Assembly (NCBI RefSeq): GCF_007670255.1
Contig: NZ_SZVS01000001.1
Span: forward strand, 436,501 to 460,500
Origin: Paenarthrobacter nicotinovorans
GTDB taxonomy: Bacteria; Actinomycetota; Actinomycetes; Actinomycetales; Micrococcaceae
Length of the DNA: 24,000 bases
Reading direction: 5' to 3'
The position numbers and the translations under genes are program-made. Below, in pieces: positions 1-8,565 of this stretch (its first letter is position 1; the number at the start of each line of letters is the position of its first letter). The notes under the pieces are model-generated. The model worked only from the letters and a program-made list of their open reading frames with translations, did no database searches and was not told the DNA's origin.

Positions 1-1153
1 AGGCGGCATTGGACTTCGGTGCGGTGGCCAGGTGCACCACCGCTTCGGCCAACACAATACGGCCCTCCGGCATGCCGATCAGCTGCACTGCCTGGGCCGC
101 AGCGACCGCAGTCTGCAACGCGGTGGGATCGGCCATGCCAATGTCTTCGGCGGCAGAGATGACGATTCTGCGGGCAACGAACCGGGGATCCTCCCCCGCT
201 TCGAGCATCCGCGCCAGATAGTGCAGGGCGGCGTCGACGTCGGATCCACGGATGGACTTGATGAAGGCGCTGGCGACGTCGTAATGCTGGTCTCCGGCAC
301 GGTCGTAGCGGACGGCGGCGGCATCCAAGGCGCGCTCGGTGTGACGCAGTTCCACCAGCACCAGGCCTTCAGACCCGCCGTCCTCGACGGCGGTGGCGTC
401 ACCGAACGCTACCCCGGCAGCAGCCTCCAGCGCCGTGAGGGCACGCCGCGCGTCGCCTCCGGACAGGCGCACGAGGTGCTCAAGCGCCTCCGGGGCCAGC
501 TCGACTCGTCCGGCAAGGCCGCGCGCGTCCGTCACGGCCTTTTGCAGCAAACCGGAGATATCGTCATCGGTCAGCGGTTTCAGGGTAAGCAACAATGATC
601 GGGACAAGAGCGGCGACACCACTGAGAAGGACGGGTTTTCGGTGGTTGCCGCCACCAGCACCACCCAGCGGTTCTCGACGCCGGGCAGCAGGGCATCTTG
701 CTGCGCCTTGTTGAAGCGGTGGATCTCGTCCAGGAACAGCACCGTGGTCTTTTTGTAGAGGTCCCGGGCGGTCAAGGCCTCGTCCATGACCCTGCGCACG
801 TCCTTGACGCCGGCAGTGATGGCGGAAAGTTCAACGAACTTCCGGCCCGGCCCGCGTGCGATGACATGGGCCAAGGTGGTCTTGCCTGTGCCCGGAGGTC
901 CCCAGAGGATCACCGAGCTGGGTCCTGCCGGCCCCGCGGCCTCCGCACCGGCCGCCAGTTGCCTCAGTGGAGAGCCGTGGCCCAGCAGATGCTGCTGCCC
1001 TACGACATCGTCCAAGGTCCGTGGGCGCATCCTCACGGCCAGCGGGCTTCGCTGGCACGCCATCCAGTTCGCATCCGTCGGCCCCCCGGCGGCAGGCAGC
1101 TCCTCCGACTCGTCGTCGTCGTTCACTGCACCGGCACCAAAGAGATCTTCCAC
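1..1153 (-). CDS. rarA: Replication-associated recombination protein A (RarA/MgsA AAA+ ATPase); 3' end runs off the left edge
   Basis: The minus frame is open from GTG at 1153-1151 to the window edge, so it has no stop in the window and is absent from the ORF track. An in-frame TAG lies 4 codons upstream of the GTG. My translation gives [15 protein letters not shown]..., then [19 protein letters not shown] (Walker A), [20 protein letters not shown] (Walker B region), and [19 protein letters not shown] at nt 58-2, the typical RarA C-terminal motif. Confidence 0.92.
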   Translation of the reverse strand, partial: MEDLFGAGAVNDDDESEELPAAGGPTDANWMACQRSPLAVRMRPRTLDDVVGQQHLLGHGSPLRQLAAGAEAAGPAGPSSVILWGPPGTGKTTLAHVIARGPGRKFVELSAITAGVKDVRRVMDEALTARDLYKKTTVLFLDEIHRFNKAQQDALLPGVENRWVVLVAATTENPSFSVVSPLLSRSLLLTLKPLTDDDISGLLQKAVTDARGLAGRVELAPEALEHLVRLSGGDARRALTALEAAAGVAFGDATAVEDGGSEGLVLVELRHTERALDAAAVRYDRAGDQHYDVASAFIKSIRGSDVDAALHYLARMLEAGEDPRFVARRIVISAAEDIGMADPTALQTAVAAAQAVQLIGMPEGRIVLAEAVVHLATAPKSNAA

Positions 1154-1159
1154 ATGGAT

Positions 1160-1165
1160 AGGCTA
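1160..1165 (-). promoter_or_regulatory. Candidate -10 box (TAGCCT) 6 nt upstream of the rarA GTG; leaderless-type geometry
   Basis: The minus strand reads TAGCCT-ATCCAT-GTG. No Shine-Dalgarno fits in the 6-nt spacer. TANNNT is the actinobacterial -10 consensus. Confidence 0.3.
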
Positions 1166-1194
1166 CTCATAGTTCCAGCAAAGGAGACATTGAC

Positions 1195-1794
1195 GTGCAG
1201 CGCCCAGCATCGGCCCCGCGCCTTCCAGGGGGAAGCCGGACCGCAGTGGTGTCCGCAGCACGGTTGCACGGATGGGTGGAGCGGTTCACGGCCAGTCACG
1301 GCACAGTCGCGCAAGACCTCGACGACGGCGGCCTGCTGCTGCGGGCTGCCGACGGAGCCAAAGCGCTTCTGCGGGCACCCTGGCCGGCTGACGGGAGGCC
1401 TGGCAGAGGCTCGACGGAACTTGAGCGATTGGCATCGCTGGCGAACCAGGAGCGTGCATTGGGCGTGCTCTTGGTCCGCAAGGGTGGCTACGCCCTGGCC
1501 GCTGCCAGCGGTCCGACAATATTGACGACGAAAAGCGGTTCACGCTTCATCGATGCCAGGACCACGGCCGAACACGCAGCGCGGATCTTCGCCAACCACA
1601 GGATCGAATACCTTGTGACCGGCGGCGACCGCGCTTTGGTGGACCAAGTACTTGCCCAGCCCTCGCTCAAAGCCGTGTCCGGCAGGACAAGGCTGCCTTT
1701 CCTGGATGTACAGGTACCAAAGTCCGCGGCCCTTGCCAAAGCCGCCGCCGACGCCTGCTCCATCCGGATCAGCGTCACCGACCCGCCGGCTTAG
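1195..1794 (+). CDS. Conserved hypothetical protein, possibly an acVLRF1-like (Vms1/eRF1-like) peptidyl-tRNA hydrolase family member; the function is uncertain
   Basis: 199-aa ORF with a GTG start. A strong SD (AAGGAGA, 1181-1187) lies 7 nt upstream. Third codon positions are GC-rich. Segments RLHGWVERFTASHG, VLLVRKGGYALAAASG, TKSGSRFIDAR and LVTGGDRALVDQVL recall the actinobacterial VLRF1-like family from memory. No GGQ/GSQ motif is seen. Confidence 0.7.
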   Translation: MQRPASAPRLPGGSRTAVVSAARLHGWVERFTASHGTVAQDLDDGGLLLRAADGAKALLRAPWPADGRPGRGSTELERLASLANQERALGVLLVRKGGYALAAASGPTILTTKSGSRFIDARTTAEHAARIFANHRIEYLVTGGDRALVDQVLAQPSLKAVSGRTRLPFLDVQVPKSAALAKAAADACSIRISVTDPPA

Positions 1795-2582
1795 CAGCCG
1801 CCCGGGGCACGTTTCAGGGGAGCTTGCCGGTACAGGTAGCCGCCGTAATCCGTAAAGCCGACCTGCCCGTACAGGGCGCGCGCCGCATGGTTGGCCGCGG
1901 TAACGAGCAGCCAAAAACCGCCAAGGCTGCGTTCCCTGCCGGCCTGCAGCAACGCTTCCAGTACTTGGGTGCCGTAGCCCTGCCTGCGGTGCGCCGCCGA
2001 CGTCGCCATGCTGTAGATACCGCCCCAGCCGTTCACCAAGGCCAGACGCCCGACGGCGGCGGGGACGCCGTCGTCGTCCCTCACCAGGGCGTACAGCGAC
2101 GGGCAGGCGGTGAGAATCCTGCGCGCGACAGTCAATTCTGCTTCTCCGCCGCGGCCATCCACCGACCACCACAGATTGAGCCATTCCTGCGAGGGTTCTT
2201 CGCTGACTTCCACCCCGGCAGTGGGCGCTTTCCCGGGAACGTCAGCGGCATCCCGGACCATGATCCTCGTCTCGGACTGCCTGGTAAAGCGCTGGCCGTC
2301 AAGAACAGCGTTGAGCGCGGCGCTGCGGGGATCGTCGAAGACCTGGAAGATCAGGGGCAGCCTGCGCGAGCGGTACCACTGCGCGGCGGACTGAACAGAG
2401 TGGGCGATGCCCTCCGGCCCCGCTTGGGCCGGCACCCTGGGCCACACCGAGTTCGCCCGCTGCGTCACTCCCTCCGAGGCGCGAAGCACCCACTGTCCCG
2501 CTTCCTCGCGCTCAAGCGCCGGCCAGGCCTTGTCCATCAGCTCTTCAAGGGCGGTTTGCTCCACGTTAGCGGCGCCTCTCAT
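1791..2582 (-). CDS. GNAT family N-acetyltransferase (two-domain type)
   Basis: The C-terminal half carries the acetyl-CoA binding pattern: IYSMATSAAHRRQGYGTQVLEALL (Q/RxxGxG/A) followed by ARALYGQVGF. The N-terminal WPALEREEAGQWVLRASEGVTQRANSVWP is typical of this GNAT subfamily. The track start at 2609 (GTG) falls inside the aspS terminator tail, so I prefer the ATG at 2582. The start remains uncertain. Confidence 0.8.
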   Translation of the reverse strand: MRGAANVEQTALEELMDKAWPALEREEAGQWVLRASEGVTQRANSVWPRVPAQAGPEGIAHSVQSAAQWYRSRRLPLIFQVFDDPRSAALNAVLDGQRFTRQSETRIMVRDAADVPGKAPTAGVEVSEEPSQEWLNLWWSVDGRGGEAELTVARRILTACPSLYALVRDDDGVPAAVGRLALVNGWGGIYSMATSAAHRRQGYGTQVLEALLQAGRERSLGGFWLLVTAANHAARALYGQVGFTDYGGYLYRQAPLKRAPGGC

Positions 2583-2610
2583 GCTCGGGAATCGTTGGAC
2601 AGAAAACACC

Positions 2611-2638
2611 GGAGGGCTCCCCCTAAGGGGAGCCCTCC
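2611..2638 (-). terminator. Intrinsic terminator of aspS
   Basis: Perfect 12-bp GC-rich stem: GGAGGGCTCCCC (2611-2622) pairs with GGGGAGCCCTCC (2627-2638) around a 4-nt loop. It lies 10 nt downstream of the aspS stop. On the minus strand it is followed by GGTGTTTTCTG. Confidence 0.75.
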
Positions 2639-2648
2639 GACTGTGGTC

Positions 2649-4442
2649 TTACTCGGACTTGGTGTCCGCCTTGGCGGCCGGCTTGGCCTCAGGTTTGAAG
2701 TCCACCCCGGCCTCCTTGCGCTGCTGCGCAGTAATCGGAGCAGGCGCGGCAGTCAGGGGGTCGAAGCCGTTGCCCGTCTTCGGGAAGGCGATGACGTCGC
2801 GGATCGATTCCACGCCCGCCAGCAGCGCCACGACGCGGTCCCAGCCGAAGGCGATGCCGCCGTGCGGAGGCGCACCGTACTTGAAGCCCTCCAGCAGGAA
2901 GCCGAACTTGGTTTCAGCGTCTTCCTTGTCCAATCCCATGAGCTGGAAGACCCTCTCCTGGACCTCGCGCTCATGGATACGGATGGAACCGCCACCGATC
3001 TCGTTGCCGTTGCACACGATGTCGTAGGCGTAGGACAGTGCCGACTCGGGATCCTTGTCGAAGGTATCCAGGAATTCGGGCTTGGGCGAGGTGAAAGCGT
3101 GGTGGACCGCTGTCCACTGGCCTGCGCCCACTGCCACGTCACCGGAAGCGACGGCGGCTGCAGCCGGTTCGAACATCGGAGCGTCCACGATCCACACGAA
3201 AGCCCAGTCGTTGGGATCGATCAGGCCGGTGCGGTGGCCGATTTCGACGCGGGCAGCGCCCAGCAGCGAACGGGAAGCGCTCTTCTCGCCGGCGGCAAAG
3301 AAGATGCAGTCACCGGGCTTGGCGCCGACGGCATCAGCCAGTCCCGCACGTTCTTGTTCCGTGAGGTTCTTGGCGACAGGCCCTGCAAGCTCCCCGTCCT
3401 CCTTGTACAGGACGTAGGCCAGTCCCTTGGCGCCGCGCTGCTTGGCCCATTCCTGCCAGGCATCGAGGGCGCGGCGGGCCTGCGAAGCGCCACCGGGCAT
3501 GACCACTGCGCCGACGTAGGGTGCCTTGAACACGCCGAAGTTGGTGTCCTTGAAGAACTCAGTCAGCTCGGTCAGCTCAAGGCCGAAGCGAAGGTCCGGC
3601 TTGTCGGAGCCGTACTTGGCCATGGCGTCCAAGTAGGTCATGCGACGGATGGGCGTGGGAACTTCGACGTCGATCAGCTGCCACAGCGACTTCACAATGG
3701 CTTCGCCCAGGGCAATGATGTCGTCCTGGTCAACGAAGCTGGCTTCGATATCCAGCTGCGTGAACTCGGGCTGACGGTCGGCACGGAAGTCTTCATCGCG
3801 GTAGCAGCGGGCGATCTGGTAGTACTTCTCGAACCCACCCACCTGGAGGAGCTGCTTGAACAACTGCGGGGACTGCGGCAGGGCGTACCAGGAGCCGGGA
3901 GCCAGGCGTGCCGGGACGACGAAGTCGCGGGCGCCTTCGGGCGTGGAGCGCGTCAGGGTGGGCGTTTCGATTTCCACGTAACCCTGATCGTGCAGGATTC
4001 CACGGGCCACGCGGTTCGCCTCGGAACGCAAACGGAGGTTGCGGGCCGGGCCGGGACGGCGCAGGTCCAGGTAACGGTGCTTCAGCCGGGCCTCTTCGCC
4101 GACCTCGACGTGTTCGTCGATCTGGAACGGGAGGGGGTCGGAGGTGTTGAGGACAACAACCTTCTCAGCGATGACCTCGATCTCCCCTGTTGCCAGCGCC
4201 GGGTTCTCGTTGCCTTCAGGACGCTTGTTGACCGTACCGGTAACCTGCAGGACGTACTCGTTCCGGAGGCCGTGGAAGACCTCTTCTTCACGGACAACCA
4301 CCTGGGCCACGCCGGATGCGTCTCGGAGGTCAACGAATGCAACGCCACCGTGATCGCGGCGGCGGCCCACCCAGCCGGCCAGGGTAACGGTTTGTCCAAT
4401 GTGCTCGGAACGAAGGGATCCGAGGTCATGTGTGCGCAGCAC
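2649..4442 (-). CDS. aspS: Aspartate--tRNA ligase (class II, bacterial type with GAD insertion domain)
   Basis: 597 aa. It has the N-terminal OB-fold ([29 protein letters not shown]), class II motif 2 ([21 protein letters not shown]) and motif 3 ([14 protein letters not shown]). GTG start with SD AAGGA 5 nt upstream. Confidence 0.97.
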   Translation of the reverse strand: MLRTHDLGSLRSEHIGQTVTLAGWVGRRRDHGGVAFVDLRDASGVAQVVVREEEVFHGLRNEYVLQVTGTVNKRPEGNENPALATGEIEVIAEKVVVLNTSDPLPFQIDEHVEVGEEARLKHRYLDLRRPGPARNLRLRSEANRVARGILHDQGYVEIETPTLTRSTPEGARDFVVPARLAPGSWYALPQSPQLFKQLLQVGGFEKYYQIARCYRDEDFRADRQPEFTQLDIEASFVDQDDIIALGEAIVKSLWQLIDVEVPTPIRRMTYLDAMAKYGSDKPDLRFGLELTELTEFFKDTNFGVFKAPYVGAVVMPGGASQARRALDAWQEWAKQRGAKGLAYVLYKEDGELAGPVAKNLTEQERAGLADAVGAKPGDCIFFAAGEKSASRSLLGAARVEIGHRTGLIDPNDWAFVWIVDAPMFEPAAAAVASGDVAVGAGQWTAVHHAFTSPKPEFLDTFDKDPESALSYAYDIVCNGNEIGGGSIRIHEREVQERVFQLMGLDKEDAETKFGFLLEGFKYGAPPHGGIAFGWDRVVALLAGVESIRDVIAFPKTGNGFDPLTAAPAPITAQQRKEAGVDFKPEAKPAAKADTKSE

Positions 4443-4469
4443 AGCATTCCTTTCAGCATGAAATGTAGA

Positions 4470-4491
4470 GGGACCGCCGCAAAGCGGTCCC
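4470..4491 (-). terminator. Stem-loop downstream of hisS, in the aspS 5' region; possibly a weak hisS terminator
   Basis: GGGACCGC (4470-4477) pairs with GCGGTCCC (4484-4491), giving an 8-bp stem and a 6-nt loop, 62 nt after the hisS stop. The minus-strand tail TCTACATTTC is only weakly U-rich. Confidence 0.4.
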
Positions 4492-4552
4492 GTCCGAGTT
4501 TACCCGCCCCGACCACGGCTGCGGCCCAGCGGCGGAACTAACGTTGTTGTGC

Positions 4553-5908
4553 TCAGGCAGTGGCCACGCGGACGTGGAGGTCTTCTTCCGGAGGCGTCCA
4601 GCTCGCGGGGTCTGCGTCCACTTGCTCGCCCGAGCGGATGTCCTTGACCTGGTGCTTGCCGTCGTCGTCGGTGAACCAGACAAAGGGGATGCCACGACGG
4701 TCAGCAAACTTGATCTGCTTGCCGAACTTTTCGGCCTTTGCGGCCACTTCGGTGGCTATGCCGCGGCCCCGCAACTGCGCGGCGATGTCCTGGGCGGCCG
4801 ACCAACTGTCGTCGGTGTTGAGGGCAACCAAGACAGCGGTCGGAACAGCACGGGACGCCGACGCCAGTTCCTGGCTGAGGATGCGCGAGACAAGGCGGGT
4901 CACGCCAATGGAAAGCCCGACGCCGGGGAACTTGCGGTTGCCCTTGCTGGCCAAGGCGTCGTAGCGTCCGCCGGAACAGATCGAACCCAGCTGCTCGTGG
5001 CCCACCAGGACAGTCTCGACGACAGTGCCTGTGTAGTAGTCAAGCCCACGGGCGATGCTCAGGTCCGCGACGACCTTCCCGGGTGCGCGCTGCACGGCGG
5101 CTTCGATGACCTGCTGCAGCTCACTGAGACCCTCTTCAAGGAGCTCATCCTTCACACCGAGCGCGCGGACCTGCTCAACGAACGAGGTGTCCTCCGTGCG
5201 GATGGTGGCCAGCTGCAGGGCCAGGGCTGCTTGCTCGTCCGTGGCGCCGAGCTCGGATTTGAGCAGCCCAGCCACCTTGTCGGCGCCGATCTTCTCCAGT
5301 TTGTCGATGCTCCGCAATACACCGGCTGTGTCCGTCAGGCCGATCCCCCGGTAGAAGCCTTCTGCCAGCTTCCGGTTGTTGATCCGCAGCCGGAAGTCCG
5401 GAATCGGCAGGGCGCTGAGCGCCTCGGCGATGACCAGCGCAATTTCGACGTCGTAACGGAACGGCAGTTCGCCGTCGCCGACGACATCGATGTCCGCCTG
5501 GGTGAATTCGCGCGCCCGGCCCTCCTGGGGACGCTCGCCGCGCCACACCTTTTGGATCTGGTAACGCCGGAACGGAAATGCCAGGTAGCCGGCGTTCTCC
5601 ACCACGTAGCGGGCAAAGGGAACCGTCAGATCAAAGTGCAGGGCCAGGGCGTTGGGATCCGTTTTGTCGGATCCGTTCGGCTTCCCGGCGTCGCCTTCGT
5701 CGTCCTGGAGCCGGCTCAGTCCATAGACCTCTTTGTCGATTTCGCCCTTGCGGAGCAGCTGGCCCACTGTTTCCACAGCGCGGGTCTCGATGGAGGAAAA
5801 GCCATGCAGTTCGAACGTTTTCCGGAGCGTGTCCAGAACGTGGAGCTCCACCAACCGCTCCTGGGGAAGCCACTCGGGGAATCCGGACAGGGAGGCGGTA
5901 CGTGCCAT
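4553..5908 (-). CDS. hisS: Histidine--tRNA ligase
   Basis: 451 aa. N-terminus SGFPEWLPQERLVELHVLDTLRKTFELHGFSSIETRAVE. Motif 2 region FRRYQIQKVWRGERPQEGRAREFTQADIDV. Motif 3 region GGRYDAL...FPGVGLSIGVTRL. ATG start with SD AAGGAGA. Confidence 0.97.
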   Translation of the reverse strand: MARTASLSGFPEWLPQERLVELHVLDTLRKTFELHGFSSIETRAVETVGQLLRKGEIDKEVYGLSRLQDDEGDAGKPNGSDKTDPNALALHFDLTVPFARYVVENAGYLAFPFRRYQIQKVWRGERPQEGRAREFTQADIDVVGDGELPFRYDVEIALVIAEALSALPIPDFRLRINNRKLAEGFYRGIGLTDTAGVLRSIDKLEKIGADKVAGLLKSELGATDEQAALALQLATIRTEDTSFVEQVRALGVKDELLEEGLSELQQVIEAAVQRAPGKVVADLSIARGLDYYTGTVVETVLVGHEQLGSICSGGRYDALASKGNRKFPGVGLSIGVTRLVSRILSQELASASRAVPTAVLVALNTDDSWSAAQDIAAQLRGRGIATEVAAKAEKFGKQIKFADRRGIPFVWFTDDDGKHQVKDIRSGEQVDADPASWTPPEEDLHVRVATA

Positions 5909-6005
5909 GGTGGAATTGTCTCCTTGAAGAAAGCTGACGCGGGCCTCGACGCCGCAGCTTTAAACGCCCGTTCGGCGTTTACAGGGCGGGCGTCCAGCCG
6001 GTCAT

Positions 6006-6036
6006 GCATAAACTATGTGCGGCAGCCAGTTTATGC
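6006..6036. repeat. Inverted repeat GCATAAACT-N13-AGTTTATGC in the AT-rich hisS/PPIase divergent intergenic region
   Basis: Read directly: the 9-bp arms at 6006-6014 and 6028-6036 are perfect reverse complements. They sit in a locally AT-rich stretch rich in ATGC/TGCA motifs. Confidence 0.6.
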
Positions 6037-6116
6037 TTTCCGCGCGTGCACATCTAATGCAGCATGTCCGGGTTCCTGCCGGCAGCCATCCGAAGCTGAC
6101 TTATTCAGGAGGACTC

Positions 6117-6920
6117 TTGGCAACAAGGTCGCGGGATGACCGCGAAGCGAAACGTCGCATCAGGCAGATGGAAGCCAAGCGCGCTCTGCGGCAGGAACAG
6201 GCCAAGCGCCGGAAACGCGACAACACCATCGCCATTGGCGCCGGAGCTGCAGCGGTCATCCTGGCCGTCGTCCTGCAGCTGACCGTCTTCAGCTCCAACC
6301 CCACAGAAGCCGAGTTTGCCGCTGCCGAAGCCGGACTCAGTTCCCCGTCGGCCTCGCCCTCTGCCGCTCCTTCCCAAAACAGTGCAGACGTTCCGAGCGC
6401 GGACACAGCCGCAGGCAAGACCTTCACAGGCCAACTCTCCCTGAACGGCGGGGCCGTCGGCGTTGAATTGAACGGCACTGCCGCTCCCCAAGCCGCCGCG
6501 GTCCTGAAGTCGCTCGCGGATGCCGGTTACTACAACGGGGCAAACTGCCACCGGTTGACCACCTCGGAGACGTTTGGCCTCCTGCAGTGCGGGGCCAAGT
6601 CCGAGGACGGCGCCGACGATCCCAATTATCGTTGGGGTCCCCTGGAGAACACCCCTGCGGACAACAAGTACCCCGCGGGAACCATCGCCATTGCCCGCAC
6701 GGGCAACAACGCCTATGGAAACGGTCACCAGTTCTTCATTGTCTACAAGGACACCACCATCCCGGCCGATACCGCAGGCGGTTACACCGTGGTGGGCAAG
6801 GTGACCAGTGGGCTGGATGTAGTGACCAACATCGCCGCTGCCGGGTTGAAACCCGGCGAAAACAACAACGACGGCGCCCCTGTGGCACCTGTCACGATAG
6901 ACTCGTTCTCTCTGAAGTAA
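6117..6920 (+). CDS. Peptidylprolyl isomerase, cyclophilin type, with a basic N-terminus and one TM anchor
   Basis: Cyclophilin motifs: YYNGANCHRLTTSETFGLLQCG, AGTIAIARTG, GHQFFIVYKD and YTVVGKVTSGLDVV. The N-terminal RRIRQMEAKRALRQEQAKRRKRD is followed by the hydrophobic IAIGAGAAAVILAVVLQLTVF. I prefer the TTG at 6117, just after GGAGG (6108-6112), over the track ATG at 6015. The start is uncertain. Confidence 0.85.
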   Translation: MATRSRDDREAKRRIRQMEAKRALRQEQAKRRKRDNTIAIGAGAAAVILAVVLQLTVFSSNPTEAEFAAAEAGLSSPSASPSAAPSQNSADVPSADTAAGKTFTGQLSLNGGAVGVELNGTAAPQAAAVLKSLADAGYYNGANCHRLTTSETFGLLQCGAKSEDGADDPNYRWGPLENTPADNKYPAGTIAIARTGNNAYGNGHQFFIVYKDTTIPADTAGGYTVVGKVTSGLDVVTNIAAAGLKPGENNNDGAPVAPVTIDSFSLK

Positions 6921-6986
6921 CCAGCTCCGGACCCAGGCCCGGCGTGCATTGCCTTAGCAGTCCCTCCAAGCGAAAGACTTTTAGCG

Positions 6987-8474
6987 GTGACAGACAGTCA
7001 GAAATCCGACGAAACAGCATCAATGGCCAACGATGACGCAGCCGAGGTGATCGAAGCGGCCGAAGCCGAGGCTACGTCCGGAGCCGTTGCGGCTTCGACG
7101 GCCACCGAATCCCCGGCTCCCCGCCCGGCCCCGTCCGCGGCTCCGTCACCGGCAGCATTTGCGGCCCGCCCGAAAGCTCCGGCCCCGGTTGTTCCAGCGG
7201 CTCCGGCAGTATCTGCTGCGTCGCTCGCCGAAGCCGCCAAGTGGGGGCGTGCCGAGGGGGACGGCCATGTCTTCCTGACGCTCGATGGTGAGGAAATCGC
7301 CGTCGGACAGTACCCGGGAGTCAGCCCTGACGAAGCTTTGGGCTACTTCGCCCGGAAGTTCGACGACGTCATCGCCCAGGTCGTGCTGCTTGAACACCGC
7401 GTCGAGTCCAAGGCTCCGGCAACGGACATGCAAAAAACCGTCATACATCTGCGTGAGCAACTCGCCGAGCGCAACATGGTCGGTGACATCCGCTCCGCCG
7501 AGGCCCGACTGGACACCCTGTCGACTCAGATTATCGAACTGGAGAAGTCGGAGAAGGCAGCCCACGACGCCCTTCGTGCCAGCGAACTCGCTGCCCGCGA
7601 AGCCATCGTGGCCGAAGCAGAGTCCATTGCGGGCCAGGACCCGGCCCAGATTCAGTGGAAAACCTCCAGCGCACGCATGAACGAGCTCTTCGAATCCTGG
7701 AAGGCCGCCCAAAAGAGCGGCGTCCGCTTGGGCCGGAGCAACGAAGATGCACTGTGGAAGAGGTTCCGTTCGGCCCGCACGGTGTTCGACCGCCACCGCC
7801 GCGCCTACTTCTCGCAGCTTGACAGCAACAATTCAGCCGCCAAGACCGCGAAGGAGGCCTTGATCGCCGAGGCCGAGGCACTTTCCTCGTCCACCGACTG
7901 GGGATACGCCGCCGGCGAATACCGCAGGCTCATGGACCAGTGGAAGGCAACTCCCCGCGCGAGCCGCAAGGACGACGACGCGTTGTGGGGCCGTTTCCGT
8001 GCCGCGCAGGATGTCTTCTTCAGCAACCGGCAAGCGGCCAATGACCAGATCGACCAGGAATACACAGCGAACCTGGCCGTCAAGGAGCAGCTGATCATCG
8101 AGGCCCAGGCATTGCTGCCCATCAAGGACCTCAACGCGGCCAAGAAGTCCCTCCAGTCCATTCGGGACCGTTGGGAAGAGGCCGGCAAGGTGCCGCGCGC
8201 CGACATGGGCAGGATCGAGGCAGGCCTCCGGAAGGTCGAAGACGCCGTTCGTGAAGCCGAAGAAGAGAAGTGGCGCCGGACCAACCCCGAAACGAAGGCT
8301 CGTACCAACAGCGCCCTGACACAGCTCGAAGCCGCAATCGCAGGCCTCAAGGACCATCTCGACAAGGCCGAGAAGGCAGGCGACCAGCGTCGCATCAAGG
8401 CTGCCCGTGAGGCCCTTGAAGCCCGCCAAGCCTGGCTCGACCAGATCCAGCGTTCGGCCAGCGATCTCGCATAG
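6987..8474 (+). CDS. DUF349 domain-containing protein (function unknown)
   Basis: 495 aa. An Ala/Pro-rich N-terminus is followed by repeated helical units with the DUF349 signature: W..W......ALWKRFRSARTVFDRHRRAYF, MDQWKA...DDALWGRFRAAQDVFFSNRQ and IRDRWEEAGKVPRADMGRIEAGLRKVEDAVREAEEEKW. The start could be GTG 6987 or ATG 7023; neither has a clear SD. Confidence 0.85.
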   Translation: MTDSQKSDETASMANDDAAEVIEAAEAEATSGAVAASTATESPAPRPAPSAAPSPAAFAARPKAPAPVVPAAPAVSAASLAEAAKWGRAEGDGHVFLTLDGEEIAVGQYPGVSPDEALGYFARKFDDVIAQVVLLEHRVESKAPATDMQKTVIHLREQLAERNMVGDIRSAEARLDTLSTQIIELEKSEKAAHDALRASELAAREAIVAEAESIAGQDPAQIQWKTSSARMNELFESWKAAQKSGVRLGRSNEDALWKRFRSARTVFDRHRRAYFSQLDSNNSAAKTAKEALIAEAEALSSSTDWGYAAGEYRRLMDQWKATPRASRKDDDALWGRFRAAQDVFFSNRQAANDQIDQEYTANLAVKEQLIIEAQALLPIKDLNAAKKSLQSIRDRWEEAGKVPRADMGRIEAGLRKVEDAVREAEEEKWRRTNPETKARTNSALTQLEAAIAGLKDHLDKAEKAGDQRRIKAAREALEARQAWLDQIQRSASDLA

Positions 8475-8491
8475 TCGCCCCTGACTACGAC

Positions 8492-8535
8492 ACAGGCTCC
8501 GTCCCGGTTATCCACATAGCCGGGACGGAGCCTGT
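8492..8535 (+). terminator. Long GC-rich hairpin after the DUF349 gene (probable terminator without a U-tract)
   Basis: ACAGGCTCCGTCCCGG (8492-8507) pairs perfectly with CCGGGACGGAGCCTGT (8520-8535). This gives a 16-bp stem and a 12-nt loop, 18 nt after the stop codon. Confidence 0.55.
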
Positions 8536-8565
8536 ACTCGTTGGGCCGCTCAACGGAATGATCGA

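Noticed and set aside
1824-4541. A 905-aa ORF on the plus strand, the longest ORF in the window
   Set aside because: It lies antisense to aspS and the GNAT gene. Its composition is low-complexity and rich in Arg, Gly, Ala and Pro, and I recognise no motif in it. The opposite strand encodes an unmistakable AspRS. This is the classic high-GC shadow ORF.
4443-4552. A possible T-box or other riboswitch leader upstream of aspS, and likewise upstream of hisS at 5909-6000
   Set aside because: The leaders are short. aspS has only about 110 nt, including the hisS terminator-like hairpin. I could not find a specifier-loop/T-box (AGGGUGGNACCGCG-like) sequence or an antiterminator/terminator alternative pairing.
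6015-6116. An N-terminal extension of the cyclophilin ORF (MCGSQFMLSARAHLMQHVRVPAGSHPKLTYSGG)
   Set aside because: It lies in the AT-rich promoter-like region upstream of the GGAGG SD at 6108-6112. It is not cyclophilin-like. The TTG at 6117 gives a sensible basic N-terminus followed by the TM anchor.
4544-6139. A 531-aa plus-strand ORF across the hisS locus
   Set aside because: It is antisense to a clear HisRS and has no recognisable domain. Its translation has the Arg/Gly/Ala-rich bias typical of shadow ORFs.
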